Assembly (NCBI RefSeq): GCF_001194135.2
Contig: NC_068989.1
Location: 17,325,268-17,365,084, forward strand
Reading direction: 5' to 3'
Origin: Octopus bimaculoides
Lineage: Eukaryota
DNA: 39,817 nt
Shown: in pieces, positions 1 to 12,122 of the stretch
Numbering within the stretch: position 1 is the stretch's first letter
Layout: every line of letters begins with the position of its first letter
Translations under genes and position numbers: made by a program
The notes under the pieces: model-generated
Told to the model about the DNA's origin: nothing
The model's database searches: none
The model's input: the letters and a program-made list of their open reading frames with translations, nothing else

Positions 1-339
1 TTTGCCTTTCATCCTTTCGGGGTCGATAAATTAAGTACCAGTTACGCACTCACTGGGGTCGATGTAATCGACTTAATCCCTTTGTCTGTCCTTGTTTGTC
101 CCCTCTATGTTTAGCCCCTTGTGAGCAATAAAGAAATAAGAAACGTTAGCACGCCGAGCGAAATGCTTAGCAGTATTTCGTCTGCCACTGCGTTCTGAGT
201 TCAAATTCCGCTGAGGTCGACTTTGCCTTTCATCCTTTCGGGGTCGATAAATTAAGTACCTGTTGCGTCTGGGTGTCGATCTAATCGACTTGCCCGCTCC
301 CCCAAAATTTCTGGCCTTGTGCCTAGAGTAGAAAATAAT
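1..339 (+). mobile_element. SINE family A, head-to-tail dimer (first unit cut by the window edge)
   Basis: Repeated body …GTTCAAATTCCGCCGAGGTCGACTTTGCCTTTCATCCTTTCGGGGTCGATAAATTAAGTACCAG…. The junction is gaaataAGAAACGTTAGCACG at 133-153. Confidence 0.85.
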
Positions 340-625
340 ATGTCAACCACTGGGAGTTAAGAACCCCTAGTTCTCGTTAACAATTTGCATTTAGGAGAAA
401 GCAAACTCTTATAAATAAATCTGAACTGCAGTCGGTTTCTCCGAAATCCCTGTTTGTACCACTACTTTGATAGTTCATTTGGCCGCAAAGTGGATTCAGT
501 ATTGTGTAACACTTTACCCCCTCAAAACAAATTCACGCACCGGAAATTAATGGACTCCCGGAACGTTTGCACAGACTTGTTGAGTTTAAGAGAACGCAGT
601 CTTACCAGGCCACGAGTTGACTTAC

Positions 626-659
626 ATACAAACATACATACATACATACATACATACAA

Positions 660-728
<69 letters not shown>
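626..728. repeat. (CATA)n followed by (ATT)n microsatellite
   Basis: Directly visible. It is representative of dozens of (TA)n, (CA)n, (TATG)n, (AAT)n and (CT)n tracts in the window. Confidence 0.95.
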
Positions 729-731
<3 letters not shown>

Positions 732-806
732 TAGTTTTATTTTTATAACGTGCTTTCACTTCACTACCGAGCGCAGCTCTGTGTGCCTTGGGTATGTGCC
801 GTGGTT
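729..806 (-). mobile_element. 3' end of a LINE with an (AAT)n tail, possibly Dong/R4-like; body hidden in the gap
   Basis: Minus strand reads …gcacatacccaaggcacacagagctgcgctcggtagtgaagtgaaagcacgttataaaaataaaactactg(aat)n. The sequence is recalled as an octopus LINE 3' UTR. Dong/R4 elements are known to target TAA repeats. No coding part is visible. Confidence 0.4.
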
Positions 807-1768
807 NNNNNNNNNNNNNNNNNNNNNNNNNNNNNNNNNNNNNNNNNNNNNNNNNNNNNNNNNNNNNNNNNNNNNNNNNNNNNNNNNNNNNNNNNNNNNN
901 NNNNNNNNNNNNNNNNNNNNNNNNNNNNNNNNNNNNNNNNNNNNNNNNNNNNNNNNNNNNNNNNNNNNNNNNNNNNNNNNNNNNNNNNNNNNNNNNNNNN
1001 NNNNNNNNNNNNNNNNNNNNNNNNNNNNNNNNNNNNNNNNNNNNNNNNNNNNNNNNNNNNNNNNNNNNNNNNNNNNNNNNNNNNNNNNNNNNNNNNNNNN
1101 NNNNNNNNNNNNNNNNNNNNNNNNNNNNNNNNNNNNNNNNNNNNNNNNNNNNNNNNNNNNNNNNNNNNNNNNNNNNNNNNNNNNNNNNNNNNNNNNNNNN
1201 NNNNNNNNNNNNNNNNNNNNNNNNNNNNNNNNNNNNNNNNNNNNNNNNNNNNNNNNNNNNNNNNNNNNNNNNNNNNNNNNNNNNNNNNNNNNNNNNNNNN
1301 NNNNNNNNNNNNNNNNNNNNNNNNNNNNNNNNNNNNNNNNNNNNNNNNNNNNNNNNNNNNNNNNNNNNNNNNNNNNNNNNNNNNNNNNNNNNNNNNNNNN
1401 NNNNNNNNNNNNNNNNNNNNNNNNNNNNNNNNNNNNNNNNNNNNNNNNNNNNNNNNNNNNNNNNNNNNNNNNNNNNNNNNNNNNNNNNNNNNNNNNNNNN
1501 NNNNNNNNNNNNNNNNNNNNNNNNNNNNNNNNNNNNNNNNNNNNNNNNNNNNNNNNNNNNNNNNNNNNNNNNNNNNNNNNNNNNNNNNNNNNNNNNNNNN
1601 NNNNNNNNNNNNNNNNNNNNNNNNNNNNNNNNNNNNNNNNNNNNNNNNNNNNNNNNNNNNNNNNNNNNNNNNNNNNNNNNNNNNNNNNNNNNNNNNNNNN
1701 NNNNNNNNNNNNNNNNNNNNNNNNNNNNCCCCACAAAATTGCTGCCCTTGTGGCAAAATTTGAAACCG

Positions 1769-1827
<59 letters not shown>

Positions 1828-1829
<2 letters not shown>

Positions 1830-2042
1830 GGCGGCGAGCTGGCAGAATCGTTAGCACGCTGGACGAATTACTTAGCGGCATTTCGTTCTTCTTTACCGTT
1901 TGTGTTCAAATTCCAACGAGGTTGACTTTGCCTTTCCTCGTTTCGTGGTCGATAAAATAAGTACCAGTTGAACAGTGGGGCTGATGTAATCGACTTAACC
2001 CCACCCTCGAACTTGCTGGCCTTGTACTAAAATTTGAAGCCA
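1828..2042 (+). mobile_element. SINE family A, full copy (preceded by a tail fragment of another copy at 1729-1770)
   Basis: Starts AAGGCGGCGAGCTGGCAGAATCGTTAGCACG, has a B-box-like GTTCAAATTCC and the conserved central block, and is embedded in (ATT)n. Confidence 0.85.
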
Positions 2043-3441
2043 TTATCATTATTATATAGTTGTTGTTGTTGTTGTTCCTTAAATGTATGTCCTACTTACA
2101 AATTTCCGTTATATAGATTTCTTTAATGCAATCTCTTGAACAATAACGCAATGTGATTGGTCAAATGTTGTGACTTCCTAGGCGTAAAAAGAAATACTTA
2201 GAATCCTGTACTGGTGCTGTAAGGGTACAACCTAACAGTGTAATTAAACACTACTATAAAGACGCTATTTCCTGGCGGAAGGGTTTACACTTGAGTAGTA
2301 CCAGCTGGATGGGGTAGCTATTATACATTTCATTATTCTCCTCCCTAGTTATAATTAAATAATTATATAAATGCTTGCATGGCTTCACTATTCCTAAAAA
2401 ACAAGACGGGATGGTCACGACTGGAATATCTTTTACTTTAAATTTTCCTGATCAGTGCCGACTTATGGCTAAGCAACAACACCAACAACAAAATAATCCC
2501 GTTCATTCATCTCAGTTATAACGCAACTGCACTTGACATAAAAAAAATACTTGAATGGTCTAAAATCTAGGTTTCTTTCTTACTTCAATGGGAGAAACAA
2601 CTAGTTAAGAAAGCTGTCTCGTGTTGTAGAGATAAGTTCAGAGTCGGTGGTGTTCAGATCCGATTTTTATTTTCATTTTCTAAGTAAAGCTATTGCAGAT
2701 CCAACATACGCGAATAAGGCTGTTTGAGGAAAGTATTAATATGGCTGAATATTATCATATTCCGTTCTCTGAAGTGATGTGTTTTTGCAAGAATTCTTTG
2801 CTTCAACAAACTTTCACAATGAAATTATCTGTGACTGTGTAGAACCGAACTAGATGCATTATGGGAACAAGTTGACTGAATCACATTCATGAGTTCACAT
2901 TTAAGAGTTCACATTCAATTAGGGTCGAGTGGGAATGTAGTTTTCGTTCATTCATGCTCGATAAAACAAACATTTTTAAGACGATGAATGGCTTATATCC
3001 ACTATAATCACCCTCCTCTGTCTTTAGGCCATGGCTCAAATAGTGATGCTTCAGTGCGCAAAACTACTAATGATTAAGTAAATAATGACATTATACACAC
3101 ATATATATTAGAAAACTATTATTGACTGAGATTGTGATAAGGTACACACACAAATATTACACTACTACTCTTGACTTGAATAACATTGACATGCTAGACA
3201 CATATATTAAGACACAATCAACGATTAGATAATGATGACATACTACCCGTGCATAATAAGATAATTCTATTGGTGTTTGTTTATGGTACAGTCAAAAGAG
3301 AAAAGCAGACGACCACGCGACCGTTTTTCAGAAGAGCATCCTGACTGATGAAGGATGGAAAGGAGGTATAAATTATGGCTATGGAGCTGTCATCGGTCTA
3401 GAGACTTGGTCCGAATGGTTGGATTTTGTTAAAGTCACTCA

Positions 3442-3476
<35 letters not shown>

Positions 3477-3660
3477 NNNNNNNNNNNNNNNNNNNNNNNN
3501 NNNNNNNNNNNNNNNNNNNNNNNNNNNNNNNNNNNNNNNNNNNNNNNNNNNNNNNNNNNNNNNNNNNNNTATATTTTAATGGATAAAATTAATTAATTTA
3601 TTAATTAACATTGCCTACAATTGTTTCCATTCATACTCAATACAAATTACAAAACATATA

Positions 3661-3699
<39 letters not shown>

Positions 3700-3989
3700 G
3701 TGGTGTAGAGCTGAAGATAAGAATAGATGTATGGAACTGAAGAGAAAAATTTTAATCATAGCTAGAGAGTATAAACGATCACAATCAAGTAGAGACGAGA
3801 AACTTGTGTATGTGTGAAAGACTAACAGTTGCTCATGCATCCATTGTTGCCCGAGAAAACGGTTGAGGCGTCTTGACACCTGTTTCAGCGCAGGTATTAT
3901 CATCATAATGCAGAGAGCTGACACAAACTGCAAGGCATCCCCTCCGACGCTGTAATGATTTAGCTCAGATTAACATTATATCTGTAGAG

Positions 3990-4112
3990 CTCGAAAGAAT
4001 GAAAAGCGAAGTCGACCTCGGCGGGATGTGGACTCACAGTGGGGAAAACTGAAATAAATACCACATTACCTCAAGGCATTGTATCTGCCGCTCTAATAAC
4101 TCCTCGAGTTTG
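3990..4112 (-). mobile_element. SINE family A, degenerate partial copy
   Basis: gaatgaaaagcgaagtcgacctcggcgg is the reverse complement of the family A core. Confidence 0.65.
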
Positions 4113-4649
4113 TGAGCACTACGGACAATATGTATCCCATAAAGACGGTTGCATAGTCAAATCATCCGACTAAATCTGCAACTCCACCAAAGTTGATTGG
4201 TGAGGAAGACAATGTTTGGACACTCTGCGCCAAGAACATAACTTGTCAAAGGCCAGATAAATTCAGGTGATTCAACGATTATTATATGTATGTACATATA
4301 CAAGTATATTTCTATATGTGTATGTATGTAGAGTCGAATATGTGTATGGGAGTCGAATAGCCATACTTGAAATCTACAATGTTTCTAGCTGTTTTACTTT
4401 CTTTTTCTTAACGACTTCAAACATTCAGAGAGTATCACTCATGTCGTGCAAGCTTTTATAACTATAAAATTTAATGTGAAGTTTCTTTTGCGAACCATTT
4501 TATTTTTCCCGACCAGTGACATTACTCGAATTCTTCGCAACCACAAACAACAGATCTTTTGTTGCAGTTGTCCAAGTACCACGTGCGTCTGCAAACAATA
4601 AAATACCCCTGCTTTCGTAGTTTTGTTACTCTTGAAGATACATAGGAGG

Positions 4650-4870
4650 TACGAGGGATTGCCAAAAAGTTCCTCGCTTTGGATAAAAGGAAATACAGGA
4701 GGATAAGTTAATTATGGTTTTATTCAACATACTCTCCTCTCAGATTCACACACTTATTGCAGCGTTCCTTCAATTTTTCTAAGCCTTGTAAAAGAACTCG
4801 GGAAGTTGGGCTCCCAACCAGGCCTTTCGCTATACTCTTAAAGCCAGGAAATTTTCAGCACCCCCTCGTA
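4650..4870 (-). mobile_element. Mariner-derived MITE with ~29-bp TIRs and TA target duplications
   Basis: The left end TA-CGAGGGATTGCCAAAAAGTTCCTCGCTTT matches the reverse complement of the right end AAAGCCAGGAAATTTTCAGCACCCCCTCG-TA. The interior (4720-4785, minus) encodes a mariner C-terminus, GLEKLKERCNKCVNLRGEYVE*. Confidence 0.88.
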
Positions 4871-4999
4871 TAGTACAGACGGATACAGTTGCAATCTTCT
4901 GATTGCCTCTGCGATCGTATATCAAATAGACTCGGCGTGACAGCATAGCAACGATGAACTTTTGACTTACGAGTACAGTATCTCCAACAAACGTGTACA

Positions 5000-5140
5000 C
5001 AGTTTCCTTCGGCACAAATTCACTCACAAGACTAAAGTCGACCCGAGATTACGGTAAAGACTCTTTTTGACTAGGTGCCATGCAATGGATTCGAACCTGA
5101 AATCTCATAGTTGTAAAACGAACTTCTTAACCATTCAGTC
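5000..5140 (-). mobile_element. SINE family B, old degenerate 5' half (a similar relic lies at about 11230-11390)
   Basis: cagtttccttcggcacaaattcactcacaag…aggtgccatgcaatggattcgaacc aligns with the family B head. Confidence 0.55.
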
Positions 5141-6983
5141 ATGTGTGTATCTGTGTACTTGTCTCTGCGTGTGCGTGTATGTATATGTGTACAAGTATTT
5201 TTGAGCGATGTGTGTAAGAAACAAAGTAATGGCAGTGGTTAAAATTTCCTAAATAGCAGATGTCTTACAATAAATTTATTGTGTTTATTATTTAGCAGAC
5301 AATCTTTAAGTGTAAAAGAATTACTGGATAATTCCGTCTAGATTGACCGACGAAAGTAATATGTCAGTCGAAATGTTTCCCAGAAATTAAATGTCATTGA
5401 AGGACAGAGTAGCCAACTTAATAGCCCAATTATTTCTTGCTCCGGATAATTTACCAATAAAACGCCTGTCACCAAGGAAAGTTTACATCGCTGGTGTTTG
5501 TCATAGAGATTCGCTGTTTACATGGCAGATTTCAGTTTGGGATTGCGATAAACTGGTAAAATATAAGTGAGGAATTAGTGGAATAGGGTGGTAGTGGCAG
5601 TGGTGGGTAGTGAGGTTTTGGCGGGTAGTCAGGTTTTGGCGGGTAGAGATGGGAGTGGGGTACAAATGAAACCGAAACAAATTTGTTGATTCTTCCAAAT
5701 CTGAATCCTAACTAACGTCAACTTGCAGTTTTAACATTTTCGTATTTACTCTTGTTTTGGTATTGTATTATTGTTGTCGAGTAAATATTTCCAATGCGAT
5801 AGCTTGTTTATATGAACGAGTTAGACAACTCTGTAAAAAACGAGAACTAAATGAAGCCGCTCAGTGCGCTAATATTAAACATTATTCGCTGAGATCTACA
5901 ACAAGATATACACAGCAATGAAAACTAATATTTGTTCGGTGACGCTCGCTACTAAACAAAAACTACACAAACTGACTGCGTGATTTGTATGACTGCGTGA
6001 GAATTTGCTATTTCGCCAGAAGACAGATTTCTGTGGCATAAACATCGCTTCTGAAATTATAACTTGCCTTTTGATTGCGCTATTTATATTATTATATTTT
6101 CGGGTCTACTGTAATGCGACCAGTTGACCTTTATTTGAACCATCAATACTTATATTAAAACAATTGAATTGTTGTTGTTGTTGTCGTTTTTGTTTGTTTC
6201 TATATGGGAGTTATTGTAGGGTTCATGCTTGTTTGCTGAATTGGATATCACTTAATTTCTGTGAGGTTCATTGTATGAAATATGATCCTCATTTTCTTCG
6301 TTATGGACACAACAGTAGGTCAACTTCCCAGGCAAGAACACATACAAAGTTCATCTGAGAAAAGGGGTAGCGAGTGGAGAAAGTTTAAGAAACAATAGTC
6401 TGTACGTCCGCATTTATAGCTTATGATAACATTACAATAACGTTTATAGCTTACAATAAGTTTAATTCATCGAGAGTGTAGCTATATTGAGGAAAGGTAA
6501 ACATTGGTAAATAACGGTTAAAGTCAAATGAACAACAATAAGGGAGACAACTCGAAATTAAAACGGGACGAACTAGATTCTCATCTGATTAGTGTAGTGA
6601 CCATATAAACTACACATTGGAAATCAATGTTATCTCCTCGATCAGTTTACACCCTACATGAAGGCGGTGTTCTAAGATAGCGAAAATACAGTGAAAAGCT
6701 ACATGTGTTATGTACACCCACAGCCTAATTAGTTATAACATAAAGTAAGGTGTATAGTGTTTTCGAATTACCAGTGCCCATTGTATTCTAGCATATTTAC
6801 GTTCAAATACCAGGTATCTATCATATTACAGCGTTTTACATGCATATATATACGGGAACGTGAAACTCCGAGTAACAGTTTTTTGTTATATTTCTGCTGC
6901 TTATAAATAAACCATATTACTCTACCTCTGGTATTTGAGTACTCTTTTTTCCACCTTGTTGCACATTTATGTGCTTACTCCGG

Positions 6984-7021
<38 letters not shown>

Positions 7022-7124
7022 NNNNNNNNNNNNNNNNNNNNNNNNNNNNNNNNNNNNNNNNNNNNNNNNTATATATAAACATATATAAATACATGTACAA
7101 TCTCTCATGCATGCGCGTGCACAC

Positions 7125-7161
<37 letters not shown>

Positions 7162-7698
7162 TAAATATCCTTACACATTCATACACGTATATACAGCAAT
7201 GAGCAACAAAATACTTTTGCTTCTGCGAAAAGTCATAAAAAAAAAAATGGCACAGACATAAAAATGCAACTTCAGAGAGAAATAAACCAGCACAGAGAGA
7301 AAGATAGAAAGGGAGAAAGGAGAGGACAAAAAGAAAGGGAGATAAGAAAGAGGGGCTGCGAGACAGGAGAGCGAGGAGAGGTAGATGTTTGGGGAGTAAA
7401 ATAATTAGTCATGGTTTCCTTCACAAGAAATCTATAAAGAGATATAAAAGGAGCTAATTGGTCAAATTCATGCTTGTAATTCATGTTTAGTTGTCATGTG
7501 TGAATGGTTTTACACCCTTTCTTTACTTGCCTAATGTTATTTCTACTTGTATATGAGCTGTTGCGCTTGTTGTTCTTTCCTGTATGTGCATGCGTGTATA
7601 TCTGTGTGCGTGTGTGTGTGCGATAATACTACTGCCCACATACTGCACGTGCGTATATCTGTGTGCATGTGCGTGCAGTAATAATACTGCCCACACAC

Positions 7699-8040
7699 AA
7701 GGCGGCGAGCTGGCAGTAAGTACCAGTTATGCACTGGGGTCGATGTAATCGACTTAATCCTTTTGTCTGTCCTTGTTTGTTCCCTCTATGTTTAGCCCCT
7801 TGTGGGCAATAAAGAAATAAGAAACGTTAGCACGCCGGGCGAAATGCTTAGCAGTATTTCGTCTGTCTTTACATTCTGAGTTCAAATTCCACCGAGGTCA
7901 ACTTTGCCTTTCATCCTTTCGGGGTCGATAAATTAAGTACCAATTACGCACAGGGGTCAATGTAATCGACTTAATCCCTTTGTCTGTCCCCTCTATGTTT
8001 AGCCCCTTGTGGGCAATAAAGAAATAAGAAACGTTAGCAC
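7699..8040 (+). mobile_element. SINE family A concatemer (internally deleted unit + full unit + 14-nt start of a third)
   Basis: The head AAGGCGGCGAGCTGGCAG is fused directly to TAAGTACCAG. There are two gaaataAGAAACGTTAGCAC junctions, near 7815 and 8025. Confidence 0.88.
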
Positions 8041-8376
8041 AAGCTGGTTCATATTTTAATGGACTATACCGCACTCTACTGAATATAACATCTAGAGCCT
8101 GGCAGAAATAGTTACCACACTACAACAAACATATTAGTAGAAAAAATCGTTTTTCATCTCTCTCTCAGATAAAAGGTCAGCCTCAAAACACCACATTTCT
8201 CTTTTCTCCAAGGTATTTACATTTATGAAAATTCACGGACTTCCCTATATCAGAGAATACAACCAGCTTCCATGGACTTTTGTTTTATCATTTGTACACC
8301 TGTTTCCCTTATATTATATACACGGCAATTCTGTATTTTATATATATGCACGTGTCTTTGTATTATATATAAACAT

Positions 8377-8587
8377 AAGGCAGCGAAGTGGTAAAATCTT
8401 TATCACCCAGACAAAATGCTTAGCAGTATTTCTTCCGACTTTGCGTTCTGAATTGAAACTCCGCCGAGGTTGACTTTATCTTTCATCCTTTCGGAGTTGA
8501 TGAAATAAGTGCCAGTCAAATATTGGGATCGATGTACTCGACTACCCACATGCCCAAATTTCAGGCCTCGTGCCTATATTAGAATGT
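8377..8587 (+). mobile_element. SINE family A, diverged full copy
   Basis: aaggcagcgaagtggtaaaatc…ccgccgaggttgactttatctttcatcctttcggagttgatgaaataagtgccag…aatttcaggcctcgtgcctat. Confidence 0.75.
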
Positions 8588-9677
8588 ATATTATATATAA
8601 ATACAGCCCACTGTATAATATATACACCTGAGTTTCTATAATCTTCTATCATAAGAAGAAATATTATACGTACTCCTGTCCCTCTGTATTCGTCTACTGT
8701 ATGTAAAATAGTTCATTTGAAGGTGAAGCCTATTCGATCCAAGATCAAAGACATTGTCTCCATAAACGATTTCAACAGACAAATATGCAAATAAAAAAGA
8801 ACAAGTGAAAGTGGATAAAATAAACAAAATAATACTAATAATAAACTGCACCCTTCTTAGCTTTCAAAGATTTTGTCTAAATTCTTTCATCGCTTGGTAG
8901 AATCCTACAAGTTAGCTCCCTCGTTATGTTTATATCTTTTTGTTTACTAGCTCAAAGCGATTTTACCATCTTTTATTATCAATTGTCCTTGAATAGTAAC
9001 ATTGAAGGACTTCTATTACAATACTAGAACATTTCATATGCTGCAAGGTGTTTTGGGCGCATTATAGCTATTTTGTAAGAATGAGAGAGAAAGGAAAGAG
9101 ACTGATTGATATTGGATACTTTGGTGCATTCTTGAGGCAGAATATAAAAGATGATAAGATATGTAATAAGATACATGCAGTAAGGAATGGTAATGCTAGT
9201 AGTTGAATCGTTTTAGTAAATAGAATGGGTTCAAGTTACAGAAGAATTAGACAATGTATATAAATCAGTGTAAGATCTAAAGATAATATAAGAAATATTG
9301 CCAATCGCAGAAGTGAAGAGACAGAAAGACGCGGTCAAGGACACAGAAAGATAGTGAAGGATGAAGGAAGATAGAATAAGATTCGAGCCTGTGTACTGTA
9401 AATAGTTACATAAAGATAATTTCATGAAATGATGAAGATATTAACCTTTTCTTAGAGCAGCTATCAACGTCATGGGTACGTTATATAATGTCCTATCATC
9501 AGCGCTTCTACGTAGCTTACATTATACTATCAACAATCATCTTGTCTGAGTTTCTATTCTCCATGGCCACGCTCGAGAGGTCTCTAGCCCCTGAAACCTT
9601 TGATGCGAGCAGATTTGTTTTTCTCGGCATCAAACATAGCCTAGTTCAAAGGTTCAAAAGTCTTCTGATAAAACTCT

Positions 9678-9709
<32 letters not shown>

Positions 9710-10724
9710 GCCAATATATATATATATATATTCATATATACATACATGCATACACACAAACACACACATACGTATGTATGTATGTATGTATGTATGTATG
9801 TATGTATGTATGTATGTATGTATGTATGTGTGCATGTGTGTATGTTCTCTGCCAGTTAATAACCGATCCGTCAGTAAGATTAATCTGTCTCAACATGTGT
9901 TGGTGACATTTGCTTTGATACTTGCTATCTCAGGTTGAGTGTACCACAGCGATCAGTTATTTTCTATTCCTTCACACCTACTTTAACAAGCTACTCCTTA
10001 TATCTATCTTTATACTCTGCCATAAAGATGACAGTCTTACCCTTCTTTTACTATCCTTCCGTACACACATTCTCATGTATATCCAACCATTGCAGCTTTT
10101 CTAACGAACACAAGTCTTCCATAAAGTAGAAACATTGAAAACATCCATAACTGAGGAGGCAACAATTTATTCTCTGTCCAAATATTGCTTTACATCTACA
10201 TAATCATTGATGAAGCTGTTACTCCTCTCCGTTGTTAAGTAGACCAAGTACTCTCGGTTCAGCATTGACAGGAATGCTTAAGGAGTTCACGAATAGGATA
10301 AGTGGCAACACAAAGAGGTGACCTCTTGAAATATTCATGTAAAATATCTAGTTCAGTTTATTAACACAGTTGTAATTGCAGTTTAGATTCAGGTCAGCCT
10401 TGTTGGAGCATATCAATTATTAAAGGCGTTCAGGCTATGATTCTATTATCCAGTGTGGGCTGCGTTTTTAGCTACCATTCCTAGCGGGAGGCGCACAACC
10501 TTATAGAGGAACTCTGTATGTTTGCTTTTATCTTCTTTGATGAAAAAGAAACAAGAATAACAACCTAAACTACTAAATAAATTGACAAAATAAATAATTG
10601 TCAAAGCATTGTGTAATTAATAAGGATATCTCTTTCATTTGATTGAAACACCAAAACAGATGTGTCACTGACGCGGTCTATTAACACCGAAAAAATGTCT
10701 ATAGTTACCAAAAGTCAAACTCAC

Positions 10725-10812
10725 TTCTGGTTGCAATTCACCATTTAATATCTGGCCAATTGGGATCTCAGAAGAATCTCTATTTCCTAATAAATTTGTC
10801 TGACTAACAAAC
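10725..10812 (-). CDS. Candidate internal exon (88 nt, (R)FVSQTNLLGNRDSSEIPIGQILNGELQPE), possibly of the PDZ gene
   Basis: Acceptor taactctcag|G and donor GAA|GTGAGT. Only one frame is open, it lies in unique sequence and it is on the same strand as the PDZ exon. No recognisable domain. Confidence 0.25.
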
Positions 10813-11774
10813 CTGAGAGTTACTTTAATATAATGACCAGAGTTATACACCAGTGGATTGTCGATCTCGCTGATTTATCGGTACAACCAATGCATATCAA
10901 GTTTTCTTTAGTTACGCTTACAGAGCAAACGACTGGTGAATGCTTACAGTGTAAACACTTCCTACAATGGGAATTAGGTCGTTTGAGAGCTAAATGTCTT
11001 TTTTGCCATTAATATTTTAGTCAAAAGAGAGAGCAGTCTATGACACTTTTCATGGTCTCTGAAACTAACGGTGGGGAGAGGAAACTACCCTCAAATAAGA
11101 GATCTTGCATAAAAACTTACAATAAAATTGACTTTATTAAGGTACCCAACAGTCAGGTGATGATACTAAACTCGTCGACTGGTTAATTCTATTACCCAGG
11201 AAAAGAATGGTCCCTCCGACGATCTTCTATACAATCTTTCAAACAATTTCCTTGTGTCAAATTTAATTCAGAAAACTCTGGTTAATTAACATAGAAGACA
11301 TTTGAGAAAGTTGTTATGCAGTAAGATCGAACCCAAATACGCGTAATTTCAAAGCGAGCGTTTCAAACACAAATTCATGTCAGCACCACAGGCATAAAAT
11401 AGTGATGTTAACATGATACGAACTACTGAGTTCTTTTTACCTGATTGTCCTATATTGCTTATATTATTTCAACAATCCATAGGCGGATATGTCCATAATA
11501 AAGACAATATGACTTCGTATAGTGAATGTTAGAACGATCAGAAACTGACACACATATGAAGAATGGTGTTCTTGTGTATCGTATCGTACCTTATGGCTCA
11601 GGTTCCAGCGATTCAACCAAAAGTCAGTATGAGTAGAATTCACTGGAAGCCAATGTGTGACAAACAACATTTTATTCGGTAATCAACACGAATATTCGCT
11701 TTGTACAGAATGCTTAGGATTCTGTTCAAATTAGGGAACGTCATAATTCAGTTCTATATTTAAGAGATGAGGAA

Positions 11775-12020
11775 TTATGTACATTATTTACATTATTTAC
11801 ATTTGACGGATATTTATCCTCATCTTGTTTGTTGTTAACACAACGTTTCGGCTGATATACCTTCCAGCCATCATCAAGTGTCGTGGGGAAATTTCGAACC
11901 TGGGTTCTCATTCCTAAGGTATTTTTCGATGTTATTATCATTATTATTATTCAGGTCACTGCCTGGAATCGAACTCGGAATCTTGGGGTTAGTAGACCGC
12001 GCTCTTAACCACTACGCCAT
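11775..12020 (-). mobile_element. tRNA-derived SINE (family D) with (AAT)n linker and a hammerhead-containing 3' part
   Basis: Head is TGGCGTAGTGGTTAAGAGCGC…AGTTCGATTCCAGG (A box 12009-12019, B box 11965-11975). It is followed by (AAT)n and a ~165-nt tail that is near-identical to 12122-12273. Confidence 0.8.
11837..11882 (-). ncRNA. Minimal type I hammerhead ribozyme motif, copy A
   Basis: GACAC-UUGAUGA-U-GGCUG(GAAGGUAUAU)CAGCC-GAA-ACGU-U-GUGUU. The palindromic ACGU is intact, but the conserved C3 is mutated to U. Confidence 0.55.
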
Positions 12021-12026
12021 ATGTCT

Positions 12027-12058
12027 GAATAATAATAATAATAATAATAGTAATAATG

Positions 12059-12122
<64 letters not shown>

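Noticed and set aside
454-1960. Long ORFs of 326-466 aa (likewise at 13412, 19970-20926 and 30931-32195)
   Set aside because: They are made of N-gap X residues and microsatellite homopolymers and are not genes.
3290-3445. Plus-strand open frame QKRKADDHATVFQKSILTDEGWKG… containing CTGATGA…GAAA
   Set aside because: There is no recognisable protein family, and no stem II or stem I complementarity for a hammerhead.
4830-5027. ORF with FVPKETVYTFVGDTVL|gtaagt, superficially like PDZ exon 2
   Set aside because: Its 5' part is a degenerate SINE-B and its 3' part runs into the mariner MITE; there is no proper acceptor.
11951-12020. tRNA gene
   Set aside because: It has A/B boxes but no complete cloverleaf or acceptor stem, and it is fused to a SINE tail. 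The same applies to the heads of SINE families A, B and C.
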